Shown piece by piece: positions 24,672 to 36,876 of a DNA stretch of 64,000 nucleotides. Origin of the DNA: Carcharhinus amblyrhynchos (taxonomy: Eukaryota); NCBI GenBank assembly GCA_965287045.1, contig OZ336878.1, positions 34,906,001 through 34,970,000 on the forward strand. The letters are read 5' to 3'. The notes beneath the pieces were generated by a model. The model worked only from the letters and a program-made list of their open reading frames with translations. It ran no database searches and was not told the DNA's origin. Positions within the stretch are counted from its first letter, which is position 1; every line of letters starts with the position of its first letter. Both the position numbers and the translations under genes were made by a program.

Positions 24672-25000
24672 TTTTAAAAATTCATCTATTGGGATGTGGG
24701 CATCACCAACTAGGCCAGCAATTATTGCCCATACCTAATTGCCCTAGAGAAAGTGGTGGTGAACTGCCTTCTTGAACTGCTGCAGTCCATGTGTGTAGGT
24801 ACAGCCACAGTGCTGTTAGGAAGATCATTCCAGGATTTTAACCCAGCGACAGTGAAGGAATGGCAAAATATTTCCAGATCAGGATGATCTGCGGCTTGGA
24901 GGGTAGCTTCCAGATAATGGTGTTCCTATGTGTCTGTTGCCCTTGTCCTTCTAGATGGTAGCAGTTGTGTGTTTGAAAGTTGCTGCCCAATGTGCCTTAG
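24672..25000 (-). mobile_element. Jockey/CR1-group LINE 3' fragment (family of 16408-17175)
   Basis: Aligns by eye with 16408-16730. Confidence 0.75.
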
Positions 25001-26036
25001 TAAATATATGAATCATGACATGGGTTCATTCCCAACCTCCATGAAAATTTAAGGTGGGACTTCCAGATTCAAGCCTCTTCTGCCATTTTTGTCACATAAT
25101 AGAGGCTTTCAGACATTGTGAAAATTTAAGCCAAGTGTGTGCAGAGGTTTGGAACATTACCTGCCTGAAGCTTCCACCATTCCCTTAAAAGATGCAACCC
25201 TGAGTTGTACTTCTGGCTGTATCAGCTAAATATTCATATCTTTTTGGCATAATAAATCTGAATGCACTTTTTTTTGTTAAACTGTTCCATTTAAATAACA
25301 TGATGCCTGAATATTTCTGTTAAGTGAATAGGAAAAAATGAACACAAGTGAAATCAAACCATTTTCTGTTTTAATCAATGGTCGTCATTCCTAATAATAA
25401 AATGCTTTCCAAATTCCTGCTAAATTAGCAAATATTTTCCTCAAGTTAGACAGTTCACCACATTCATGGTTTGAACTACACATGGTCAGGCTTTCGACTG
25501 AGTGTCATTTCCACTGGCCTTCAGCTCCCAATAACTTAAAATGAACGGTATTGAAAGGTTTGGGTGAGAGGGGAGGTGGTGGGCACAATCACAGCGATTG
25601 CTGCTCACTCAGCTGACAGTAAACAATGGCAGAATAGGAGGACATCAGTTCTAAACAGGCTCCCATCCTAAATATGAACCTCTCTCTTTCAGATTCTGTT
25701 CTGCAGTAGGTCAGGCGGTGATGTTCCCATGTGTCTGCTGCCCTAACAGCACTATTGACCTACTGCCCATTTCTGGAATTATCACATTTGATTACAACTT
25801 TTTAAATGATACATAGTTCAGACAGTATCTGAAAGAGAAAAGTTAATATTTCAGATGGGACCCTTCATGATATACGCAGATTTGAATGTATGCACACACA
25901 CATAGAGTCATACGCTGAAACTCTACTGCCTCACCCGCCACGGTATCGGTGCGGGCAAGGAGCAGACAACATAAATGTCCACTGAGCTTGGGTGGGAATT
26001 TCTGATCTCACTCGAGCAAGGCTGTAAAATCCCACC

Positions 26037-26320
26037 ATAGAGTCATAGACCAAAGAGCATGGGAACATGCCGACCATGGTGCCCTCTCAGCTAGTCCCAA
26101 ATGCCAATGTTTGGTCAAATCCTTCTAATCCTTTCCCATCCCATGTACATATCCAAATCCATTTTGAATGTTGCTATTGAACCTGCCTCAACCACTTTCT
26201 CTGGCAGCGCAACCTCTGCGTGAAGAAGTTGCCCCTCAGGTCCCTTTCAAATTTTTCCCCTCTCAACTTAAACCAACGCTCCCTAGATTTCAATTCCCCT
26301 TTCCTGGGAAAGGGACTATG
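26037..26320 (-). mobile_element. CR1/HER1-like LINE 3' end
   Basis: FKLRGEKFERDLRGNFFTQR; (CTATGACT) tail. Confidence 0.8.
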
Positions 26321-26496
26321 AGCGTTTACATGTAGGCTGGAGTATAATACACTGAGCATACTGGATGACTGTCAGTGAAATGTGAGCTTGTGTTGCAACT
26401 GAGGGATCCAACTGATACTGATCCCCAGGACTGGATGCTCATTGATGATCTGCAGATAAACGTTATTTGTTTTTAAATGATTACTTTTATTCTTAC

Positions 26497-26610
26497 TGTG
26501 GAGAGCCTCCAAAGATACTTGAATATCTTGAATGGTGAAACATCGAAGAAATTTTCCACTAAAACATCGAAAGATCCAACATGTTATAAACTGAAGTGAA
26601 TTTTGAGGAG
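26497..26610 (-). other. Candidate 114-nt exon of an unidentified gene
   Basis: Pyrimidine-rich acceptor ttttttcttctttacaag, donor gtaaga, one open frame PQNSLQFITCWIFRCFSGKFLRCFTIQDIQVSLEALH (phase 1-1); no homolog recognised. Confidence 0.3.
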
Positions 26611-27074
26611 CTTGTAAAGAAGAAAAAATGTCTTGCGGCCCATTTTACTCTGCGTAACTATGCAGATTGACACAGAATGTCTAGTCTCCAAAGGTCATAT
26701 CACTGAAGCTATTCTTCAAAATGTACTGGGGCACACCTCACAAATCCCATGCAGTAATTACGCAGGAATTGCCCAGCTAGTTTGGTCTCCTGATAGGCAA
26801 TTCACCTGTGTCTGAAATCCCGTGAAACTCTGAGTTAAAGTTTGAGATGCCGTTGGATGGTTCTGACTCACTTCCCAGAATAGTTACCCAGGAAAAGCTA
26901 GAAGAATGAAAACGAGTTCTAACTATACTACTGACCCCTACACAATACACCCCACCACTCCAATTCCCCACTGAGCCCCCGCCCCAACCCGACTATCTCC
27001 CCCCTCCCCCAATCAACCATTGAACTCCCTACCAACTCCTGGCCTGACTAACTCTCCCCCTGACCCACCCTACT

Positions 27075-27345
27075 GTTTGAGTTCTGGTTTGGGTCACTGT
27101 CTGTCCAGAGTTTGCATATTGTCCCCGTGTCTGTGTGGGTTTCCCCCCAGGTATCCGATTTCCTCCCACTGTCCGAAAGACGTGCTGGTTATGTGCATTG
27201 GCCATGCTAAATTCTCCCTCAGTGTACTGGAATAGGCTCGGGAGTCCAGCAACTAGGGGGTTTTCACAGTAATTTTATTGCAATGTTAATATAAACCTAC
27301 TTGTGACAATAAATTAAAACTTTAAACCTTTAAACTTTGAACTTT
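27075..27345 (+). mobile_element. HE1-like V-SINE, alternative-tail variant, 5'-truncated
   Basis: Tail ...CCTACTTGTGACAATAAA followed by ~4 (AAACTTT)-like units. Confidence 0.85.
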
Positions 27346-27974
27346 ACCCCCTTGCCCATCCGGTTGCCACCCTCACCTACCCACTCATCACCCTACACTC
27401 TCCCCTATAAGCCACCCTACTCCCTCACCCAGCTTCCATAGCTTCTTAAAAGTAGAATTGTGACTTTAAACTTACCAGAATACAGCACTTAGTGTTGTGA
27501 AGGGGGTGTGGGGCTTGGCTTCCCCAACAATCCCGCCCAACAAAGGAAGGAGTCCGCTCTAAGGCAGCCGGGTTTGGAAAACCAGGAGAGAAATGTAAAA
27601 CTCCGGTGCAGGGTAAGTAAATAGGAGTGGAGTGTCAATCTGACAGTGATTGCCACTGTATTAAGCCGAGGGACACAGATGTATTTGTATTTTGTTCCTT
27701 TAGTAAACATTTTTTTGTTCTGAATTTTATTATTATTTTGTGCAAGGTGCAAAAGGCAATAAGCCACCCTGGGATCATGCGATATGATCATGCCAACATG
27801 GTTTGAATGGCAACAATAATGTTGCAATTTGAATTACTTCTGATATTTTCTCTTGTGACGGTGATTGACGTTAGCTCCCATGAGTCAGCTTGTGTTTCCA
27901 ATGAACTGATTCACGACCATGTGCACAAAGCAGGGTGAGTCTGCCCTGGCTAAACAATGGACAAGTTTCTTATA

Positions 27975-28565
27975 AAGAACAAAGAGAAGTACAGTACAGG
28001 AACAGGCCCTTCGACCCTCCGAGCCTGCGCTGATCATGATGCCCTAACTATAAAAAAAACTTCATGGAGTGGCAATCACTATCAGAAAAAATCTCCACCC
28101 TTACTTGGTCCGTATCCTTCTATTTCCTTCCTATTCATGTACCCATCCAGATGCCTCTTAAATGTTGCTAATGTGCCTGCTTCCACCATCTCCTCTGGCA
28201 GCGCATTCCAGGCACCCATCACTTCCTGCGGGAAAAACTTCCCCCGCACATCTTCCTTAAACTTTCTCCCTCTCCCTTGTGATAGACACTTCCACCTCAT
28301 GAAAAAGCCTCTGACGATCCACCTTGTCAATGCCTCTCATAATTTTGTAGACTTCTATCAGATCTCTCCTCAGCCTCCATCTTTCCAGTGAAAACAATCC
28401 TAGCTTATTCAACCTCTCCTCACAGCCAACACCCTCGAGACCAGGCAACATCCTGATGAACCTTCTTCACACTCTCTCCAAAGTTTCAACATCCTTCAGA
28501 TAATGTGTTGACCAGAACTGCATGCAATATTCGAAATGTGGCCCAACCAAGATTTCACGTAGCTA
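27975..28565 (-). mobile_element. CR1/HER1-like LINE 3' fragment
   Basis: MLPGLEG..EERLNKLGLFSLE..DLIEVYKIMRG and DVRGKFF..WNALP; frameshifted. Confidence 0.9.
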
Positions 28566-28659
28566 CAGGCATTATCTCTGGATTACATTTAAAATTTTCA
28601 TAACAGGCACATCACTTCAAAAGAGGATGACAGACTGTCAGGCCAGATAATTGCATAAT

Positions 28660-28938
28660 GTAGCACAGTGATTAGCACTGCTACCTCACAGTGCCACCTG
28701 GCTTGGGTCACTGTCTGTGTGGGGTTTGCACATTTTCCCTGTGTCTGCATGGGTTTCCTTCAGGTGCTCAGGTTTCCTACCACGGTCCAAAAATGTGCAA
28801 ATTAGGTGGATTGACTGTGCTAAATTCTCCCTCAGTGTATCTGAACAGGCGCTGGACTGTAGCCACTAGGGGATGTTCATTGTAATTTCATTATAGTGTG
28901 AATGTAAGCCTACTTGTGACTAATAAATAAATTTTAAA
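28660..28938 (+). mobile_element. HE1-like V-SINE, alternative-tail variant
   Basis: Head GCACAGTGATTAGCACTG; tail AAGCCTACTTGTGACTAATAAATAAA. Confidence 0.85.
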
Positions 28939-28974
28939 GCTGGCCCTTTTAAAGGGTGTACAGTCCTAAGATGT

Positions 28975-29112
28975 ACAAGCAGGTGAGTTGACTACGGGAA
29001 ATGTGTGAGGTTGCAGGGGAAGAGGGCCTGGGTAAGATACTCTGTCAGGAAGTCAGTGCAGACTCGATGGGCTGAATGGGCTCTTCTGCACTGTAGAGAT
29101 TCTATGATTCTA
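28975..29112 (+). mobile_element. HE1 SINE canonical 3' tail fragment
   Basis: GCAGACTCGATGGGCTGAATGG...CTGCACTGTAGAGATTCTATGATTCTA. Confidence 0.75.
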
Positions 29113-31324
29113 CAATGGGAGGGTCATGTGACCTGATTGCCTAATAGAGAATGAGGATTGGGGATCTTGGTGCCGAGTACAGGTTTTGCAGACTAGACCG
29201 CAGAGCTGGGACTGTTAACATTGTGAAAGTACTCTGTCTAGTTATCTACTTGTAAATAAACCATTGTAGTTCATTATACTAACTAGCGGTCCCCAGTCCT
29301 TCCAATTAATACAATCACTAAACATTGCAATTCACGGATTGAATTATTTACAACAGCAAGCAGAAACAGGAGTTATGGAAGGCGGTAATACAGCAGCTTT
29401 GAACCAACTGTGAAAGGGTTAATTATTCAGTCCCGCCAGCTCCACTCCCTTGAGTGGTTTTCTTTGCAGACATTTTCAATGAAAGATAAACAAAGGAAAA
29501 GCAGCACGATTCCGACTGGTAAAGCTTTCTTGAAATCATGTAAACTTTCTTGTGGAGTCACATTAAGTCCCTGTTTATTGCTGTCAATTCATTAAAGAGG
29601 TGGCCAATCCTTTCAACTGTGAAATCCGTTGAAATACTGTCTTACCTTGAGAAATCAATCTGAAGAACAGGGACTTAACTCGCACAATTAAGAGTAAACT
29701 CAATAATGCATACACAAGCTATGTAGGGATTCTATTTAGGTCAACGGTTTTGATGAGGCATTGCAATGTCCACTTGTGGTATCTAACAAGTACCTTCTAT
29801 GCTCAGGCTGTCTTGATTAGATTATGTTGTTGCTTACCAGACTGGTGCCTCATGTTAATTGTTTCTAGGACTTGGATGTACTCTGTGATGACTTTTCCAG
29901 ACATATAAATCCATTAGTAAACAGTACTGGCTTATCTAATTTCTTTCTGATATACTTAACAGAGTCAAAAGAACAGAAGCCTTGTCCCAACATATAGTGC
30001 ACGAAGCATGTTGAGGGCACTATCTGAAAATGCCCTTTAAGATAACAAATGCAGCAATTGGAAAAAATACATATGCTACCAGCAAACATAATACCTTATC
30101 ACAATCTAATGCTATTTCACGTTACTGTGAAATAGTGGATCCTGAATTTGTTATTTTGGGAGTGGTGGACACCTTTGGGGAGGTTACAGGTCAGACCTGG
30201 TATCATTGAATGGGGGAACAAACTTGATGGGCCGAATGACCTACTTCTGCTCCGATCTCTTATACTGTATTGGATTGGAGTCTTGTGTAGGGTTTCAAAA
30301 TGACTTACATATAGAATATTAATGACCCATGAGTCTTAACAATGCTCAGTCTCCCCTTGAGGAGTACAGATGGCATCATAAATCAGATCATAGAGGTTCC
30401 ATTGGTTTAGAATCCTGAACTAATTCTTTGAAGTATTTGTCTCATCTTTTAGTGGTTTCAATTAAATTATGCACTTATTGTTTTCTGCAGGACAGGACTG
30501 TCAGTGCAGCAATTAACAGAAAACATTTGAATTGAATAATTCATTAACTATTATTTCATCTCTACAAGGTTATTGCAAAATTATATCTGCAATTGATCAC
30601 TTGAAAATTCTGTAAGACTTTCTCTTCGACACCACCATGTCTATTGGACAACTGCATTAAGGTCTAGAGCTTTGTAGCCTATGTACACAGTTGACGGGCA
30701 GTGGGGATAAGTTAGATCCAAAGAAATATATTCATGAACATGGTGGTGTTTTAACCTGAATTGTGCACATTTAGCTTAACTCACACTGCTGAGTTTAAAA
30801 AGGCTCCAAGCCAATTTTGGCAACAATCTTCCACACTCATTCATTGTTGGGTTATTTATGCTTTACTGACTTAAACTTTCTTTTGGCCTATTCAGCTCCT
30901 TTATAGGGCAACCACAACTAAGATACACCTGGGAAAATTAAGGTGCAAAGCTGGTATTTTTCTTTAGAAAATAAAACTCTTAAGAAAGATGTTACGTTTC
31001 TTATGATCATTTCTTCTGATCTGGACATTCCATCGTGTTGACTTAACGCGGAATATATGGCAGTCAATATGGCAAGGTCCCACAAACAAAAATGAAATCA
31101 ATGACCAAATCATTTCTCTTAGATACATAAGTTAACAATTGGCCAGGGCATGCAGAGCTCTCCTGCTTTTCCAATAACGCATAACTACCAGAGAGAGGCT
31201 CAGTTTAACACTTCAGTTGGAATGTTCCCATCGTTCATGCCAGTGAGATTTCCCCATCCTGCTGCAGTGAACGGAGATTTGGCTGAGTGCTAAATTCTGC
31301 ATCTTTGCTGCAGTGGAAACATGA

Positions 31325-31540
31325 TTTTTTTTTAAACTTTATTCCAATCCAATCAAGTCAAATTAAACCCAATTCAGAGTCCCAACAAGTTGGGACATTC
31401 CCGATCCAAGCTGACAAGACAGGGCTCTCACCTCCTGTCTTGGGCTTGATCTACATGATCCAAGCTGACTGGAGTAGGTGTAGCTCCTCCTCCAGGGCTT
31501 GATCTTATTTGCATCTTAGCCAAATGGCCGAGATGCCGCT
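31325..31540 (-). ncRNA. U2 snRNA-headed structured element (putative SINEU-like retroposon or snRNA chimera)
   Basis: Minus strand GCATCTCGGCCATTTGGCTAAGAT is a 22/24 match to U2 nt 4-27, TAAGATCAAG repeats after it, then two ~48-nt hairpin units, a third hairpin, AATAAA and an A-run. Confidence 0.6.
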
Positions 31541-33444
31541 TTAAAAAATTGCTTCAAATGAAGCTGAAATGTAACCTAATGACTTCAACCAGATAGAGCA
31601 GGTCTCCATCAGCACTGCACTGCTGCATCATCCTAGGTTACTGGAATGAAGCCTAACTCTACGACCTACTACCTCAAATTTAAGAAGGCCAGCATTCAGC
31701 CAAGGCTTACATCCAGTTAGTATTGATGCTTACAAAATCTGTCTAGAATTGGTATCGCTTTTGTTTTGGCAGGTTATGCTAAATACCCATATCACTGGTC
31801 GACACCACTATTCTTAGTAGAATTAATTTAACACTGGAGCTGGACTATTGTCTCGATCAGATTCCTCAGATATGGTTGCAGAATTAAACTTTGACAAAGG
31901 TGTAACTGAGGCAGCATGAAAAGAACATCAAATCTGTATGATCGGAATCGACAGAATCAAGCGTACTCTATGTGAGTAACCACCGTGGTCGACATCATTC
32001 TGTTCAATCTGCCCCCAACACAGCTGAACGCTTGGAAATGGCATTATTCAAACAAATTGATTTTCTTAGAAAGGACTGATTAGTTGCGGCTTATCTAGGG
32101 ATAAATACTTACCCTGATACTAAAGCCTCCTTTTAACATTTAATCACATTCCCAAGTCACAGTAAACATGTTTATAATTTGCACATAATTAATCATGAGT
32201 ACCCTTTACAGTCCCCAGAATACACATTCATGAGGAGGCACCTAGTACTTGTGGCTCAGACAGATAATGTACCGTTCCCATGGTAGCTCTCCTTTGCGTT
32301 CTCTCCATTGATTTATCAACATGTTATAAGGTGCTCTGAAGAGTTTACCTTCTTCAGACTGCCTCCCATGTGTGAAAACTGCAAGGCTAATGCCTTGTCG
32401 TTACAGAGGGTGGGAGGGAGTCCACGGATGACACAATCACATGAAAGGTAAGTGCCGTTGAGTGCAATCATTAAACTATAACTGCACAATTTATTACCGC
32501 AGCCACTAAGATAATGGCGGAGACTGAAAGGTGAATTCTTAAATCATCCGAAACAGGGAACAAAGTAGTAAGCACATCAATTAGAGAAATATGACCTGGC
32601 TCAGCAGATTACTGATATGGAAGTTAGCAAGTTTTACTGCTCTTGTCTAAAGCAGTTAAGAATTTGTCTTGATGCTGATGAAACTCAGCGTGATTCAGCC
32701 ACAATTAACAAGAGCTTTCCTACAGCATCACTACATAGTGCATTTTAAACTGCTTCACAGGAAATAGCAACTCAAGAAATACTGATGACCTGCACATGTT
32801 TTCTGCTCCATTGCCTCTGATCCCAAATCTTGGCATCTTCAAACTGAGGAGTAATGAAGTACAACAGGGAGGCAGTTTATCACGGTAACAATCTGCATCT
32901 ACTTAATCCCCTTTAAAGATTATCCTTCAGAAGTATCTTGTGATGACATCATCACCCAGAGTTGGGTTTGGATAAATCTCTAGGTATTGTTCATTCCAGT
33001 TTTAGGCAGCTTCTGATTGGATTATTAGGTCTCTATTTATTTAACTTAATCCGAGCTTAATGAATCCCTGATATCTCTTAACACCTGGCAGTCTGCACAT
33101 TGCAGATGTTATGAACACAGTTTAGACAAACGAGGAGCTTTCTATACGAATACATTGTAAAAGATCAAATTGTTACCAATTAGTTGATAAAAGGCTTATA
33201 TTTTTAGCTGCTTGTGACTGTTTTCTCTCAATCTGGAATTAACTACTTCATTTCCTGCACACCACATCACGCGCCATTGACATTTTTCCTAACTCCACTC
33301 GGGCAGTGGAGTATAATAAATAATGAACATCCTGTCAAAACTGAAATGCTCATCAGTAAAATCAAATGAGAATTTTGAAATTCTGGCCTGCAGGTGTTCA
33401 ATATCTTACACTGTCCCTGTTTGCAGAAAGCCACCTTCTTAAAT

Positions 33445-34345
33445 CACTGGAGTCCATGTGGCATTGGTACACCCACATTGCTGTGAGGGGAACCTGTAGA
33501 TGCTGGTGTTCACAGAATCCCTACACTGCAGAAGAGGCCAACAAATCTGCATCAATTCTCTGACAGAGTGTCCTACCTAGGCCTTCTCCCCTGCCCTATC
33601 CGTGTAACCCCACACATTTACTATGACTAATCCCCTAACCTACATATATTTGGACAACTTTGCTTGTCCAATCCACCTAATCTGCACATCTTTGGACTGT
33701 GGGAGGAAAACAGAGCACCTGGAGGAAACCCATGCATTTGCTTCCCTTGCCCTTCTAGAGATTGAGGATTTGGAAGGTACTGTCAAAAAAGTCTTGGGGA
33801 GTTGCTTCTGTGTCTTGTAGATCATGCACACAGCTGCCATACTGTGTGCCCGTGGTAGAGGGATGAAATAGTTAAGGTAGTGGGTTGGATGCTGATCGTG
33901 GGCTACTTTGTCCTAGATGGTGTCAAGTTTCTTGATTGTTTCTGGATGTCACTAACCCAGACAAGCAGAAAGTATTGTATCACACTCCTAACTTGTGCCT
34001 TATAAGATGGTGGGCATGCTTTAGGAGTAAGGACACGAGTTACTTACTGCAGAATTCCCTGCCTCTGACCTGCTTTTGTAGCCACAGTATTTTTCCTGCT
34101 AGTCCAGTTAAGTTTCTGGTCAACAGAATATTGACAGGGGGAGATTCAGTGATATTAATGCTATTAAATATCATGGGAGATGGTTAGATTCTCTTTAATG
34201 GGAGCTGGTCATTGCCTGGCACGAGCACAATGCAAATATTATTTACTTCTTATTGGTCTAAGCCTGAATGCTATCCAGGTCTTGTTGCATGTGGGCACAG
34301 TCTACTTCAGTATTTTAGGAATTGCAAATGGCACTGAACACTGTG
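33445..34345 (-). mobile_element. Jockey/CR1-group LINE fragment (family of 16408-17175) with a nested HE1
   Basis: AAVCMIYK motif; similar to 16500-17170. Confidence 0.7.
33513..33734 (-). mobile_element. HE1 V-SINE 3' half
   Basis: AGAATCCCTACACTGCAGAAGAGGCCA...TTTGGACTGTGGGAGGAAA. Confidence 0.8.
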
Positions 34346-34851
34346 GAGTCATGCACAACATGGTGTCCGAGTTTCAGTGCTTATGTGATACCAAGTACTC
34401 ACTACATATGGCCCAGTGACTGGCAGAGCAAATCAAACAGCATCTTCTTTTGGTTGTTTGCAATAGGCAGATTATAGACTGTACTCAATCAGCCAGTATT
34501 TACAAAACCAAAATCTAAATGCCCACTGTTGAATGTGATTGGGCAGCACTTGCTGAACAATCCTGAATGTGTCAATAACTACACTATCAAACAATTTACG
34601 ATAATCAGGCAAGTGTATATTGTGGGTCATTTATGCTTGCTTGAAGTGATCCACAGTCATTCTCAGCTACTCATTCTCTGCAGAATATGTTCAAGCCTTG
34701 CACCTTTTTTGAATTACCCATGAGCCTGGGCAGTCCATAACCCTCTGCTGCTTTCTCCATGGTAACACCTGGGCCAATCAAAGTCAACTTACCAGCATTC
34801 TCTCCTTCCATAGCATAAATTGTGCTTTGTTTTGAAATTTAGCATTTTAGT

Positions 34852-34890
34852 GTTTGCCCTGATGAGTGCAAGACGAAAAGCTTCAGCAAC
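34852..34890 (+). ncRNA. Minimal type I hammerhead ribozyme motif in a short repeat
   Basis: TTGCC-CTGATGA-GT GCAAG AC-GAAA-AGCT-TC-AGCAA: complete core, short stem II, palindromic AAGCTT stem III. Confidence 0.6.
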
Positions 34891-35059
34891 ACATATCTTC
34901 TGAGCAACATAAAATAATTAATGATAAATATGTTTGCATCAACAACAGAAAATTATATATTGTTTCCATGCACCTTTGCCGCACCCCCACAATCCCCTCC
35001 CCTCACCCCAACGAACCTCCCTGTGGCCCAGCCCTCCTTTATCACTACCTGACATCATT

Positions 35060-35480
35060 AATCATCCAAGCTCAACAACATTTGGGATATAACAGACCGG
35101 GTGACCCACCAGCAGCGTACCATGTCTGCAGTGTGCACTACCAATAGGACGCATTCAAGCAACTCATCAAAGCTCCTTTAACAGCACCTCTCACACCCAG
35201 GACCTCAACCATTTAAAAGGACAAGGGTGGCTACTGCATAGAAGCACCATCACCTCTAGTTTTGGCTGCAATTCACCAATCATCTGAACCTAGACATATA
35301 TCTTTGATCCTTCATGTCGCTGGATCAACTTCCTGGACTCCCAATTTAACAACACTGCAGGAGCGAATCCACTACAAGAGCTCAAGACTGCAATTCACCT
35401 TCCCAATGGCAATTCGAGATAGGCAATATGATACTGTTTTTCCAGTGATACCTACATCTTTATAATGATTTTTTTAAAAT
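35060..35480 (+). mobile_element. Jockey/CR1-group LINE 3' end, old
   Basis: CTGCAGTGTGCACTA...GCAACTCATCAAAGCTCCTT...GGCAATTCGAGATAGGCAATA. Confidence 0.55.
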
Positions 35481-35683
35481 ATAAAGATACTTTCAAACAA
35501 AGCTTTCAAATGTGCTCCATCTGCATTCATTACAAAAGTGCAAGAAATACTGTGCAACCAACACGGTACAAATTCTAATGTATTTACTTCAGACATTTTT
35601 TATCTTGAAATGTACATCGTTCATCACTTTTGATTAGAAGGTTAACAACCAGTATACAGACTGGGATTTGCCCTTTTCTCTGC

Positions 35684-35985
35684 CATGGTTAGCACTGCAG
35701 CCTCACAGCGCCAGGGATCGGGGTTCGATTCCCGATTGGGTCGCTGTCTGTATGGAGTTTACACATTCTCTGTGTGTCTGCGTGGGCTTCCTCCAGATGC
35801 TCCGGTTTCCTCCCACAGTCCAAAGATGTGTGAGTTAGGTGGATTGGCCATGCTAAATTGCGCCTTAGTGTCGGGGGACTGGCTAGGGTCAATGCCTGAG
35901 GAATAGGGCCTGGGTGGGATTGTGGTTGGTGCAGGCTGATGGGCCGAATGGCCTCTTCTGCACTGTACGATTCAATGATTCCTAT
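35684..35985 (+). mobile_element. HE1 V-SINE
   Basis: Well-preserved B box GGTTCGATTCCC, V-domain and CR1-type tail. Confidence 0.9.
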
Positions 35986-36552
35986 TAAGTATTTATTGAA
36001 AACAAGATGATATCCCTTTGCCAACTAGGGGCCAAAATAGTACTTTTGTTGAACACAAAAGCCTTGTTTGTTGACATTATTGCTAACGTCACCATCACTC
36101 TTGTTGCACAGCCCACCCCACTGTTACTCAAAGCATGGGTCCCTATATCTGTGAACTGTACCAGTGAGGTGAAAATATATCACATTATGTTTACAAGTAA
36201 CTCCATTATTTTGCTTTTTAAGGGCACTGATTAGATCTCGCTGGAAATAACAGGATTCAACTCTTACTACTTTTGAGCTGTAACAGTGCGATAAACAGCA
36301 AAACAACTTACTGGTGAAGTACACTGGTAGGATTCTCATTCCCTTTGTAAGGGTGAAACTGCTTCATATTTCTTGGCAATGGTTGCAGGGACGGAGGCAT
36401 TTAATATACCAGTTTCATTAATTGCATCTTCATTGTGAAGCCACTCACATCCATCACATCAGAGTTGAGGAGACTCATGTAGAATCTGAATAAATAATTT
36501 CAGCCTTCAGTCCAAACCATTCAAAATAAACCCCTGCACTGAATAGTTTTTT

Positions 36553-36876
36553 AGAACCGTAGAATCCCTACTTAGCAGAGGCCATTCAGCCCATTGAGTC
36601 TGCACCGACTCTTCAACAGAGCATCCTATCCGAGCCCTATCCCCATAACCCCACTAACCCACATATCTTGGAACGCTAAGGGGCAATTTAGAATGGCCAA
36701 TCCACTGAACCTGTGCATCTCTGGACTGTGGGAGAAAACCTCAGCACCCAAGGGAAACACACGCAAAGACAAGGGGAACGTGCAAAACTCCACACAAACA
36801 GTGACTCAAGGCTGGGATTGAACCCAGCTCCCTGGCGTTGTGAGGCAGCAGTGCTAACCACTGTGCTATTGTGCCA
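36553..36876 (-). mobile_element. HE1 V-SINE
   Basis: Antisense head, V-domain and tail. Confidence 0.85.

Noticed and set aside
31403-31504. Repeat-spacer look (GATCCAAGCTGAC x2) suggesting CRISPR or an H/ACA snoRNA
   Set aside because: Only two units, eukaryotic context, no cas genes, no clear H or ACA boxes; treated as part of the U2-headed element.
35684-35760. tRNA-like A/B boxes
   Set aside because: These are SINE heads, not tRNA genes; the sequence continues into the V-domain.
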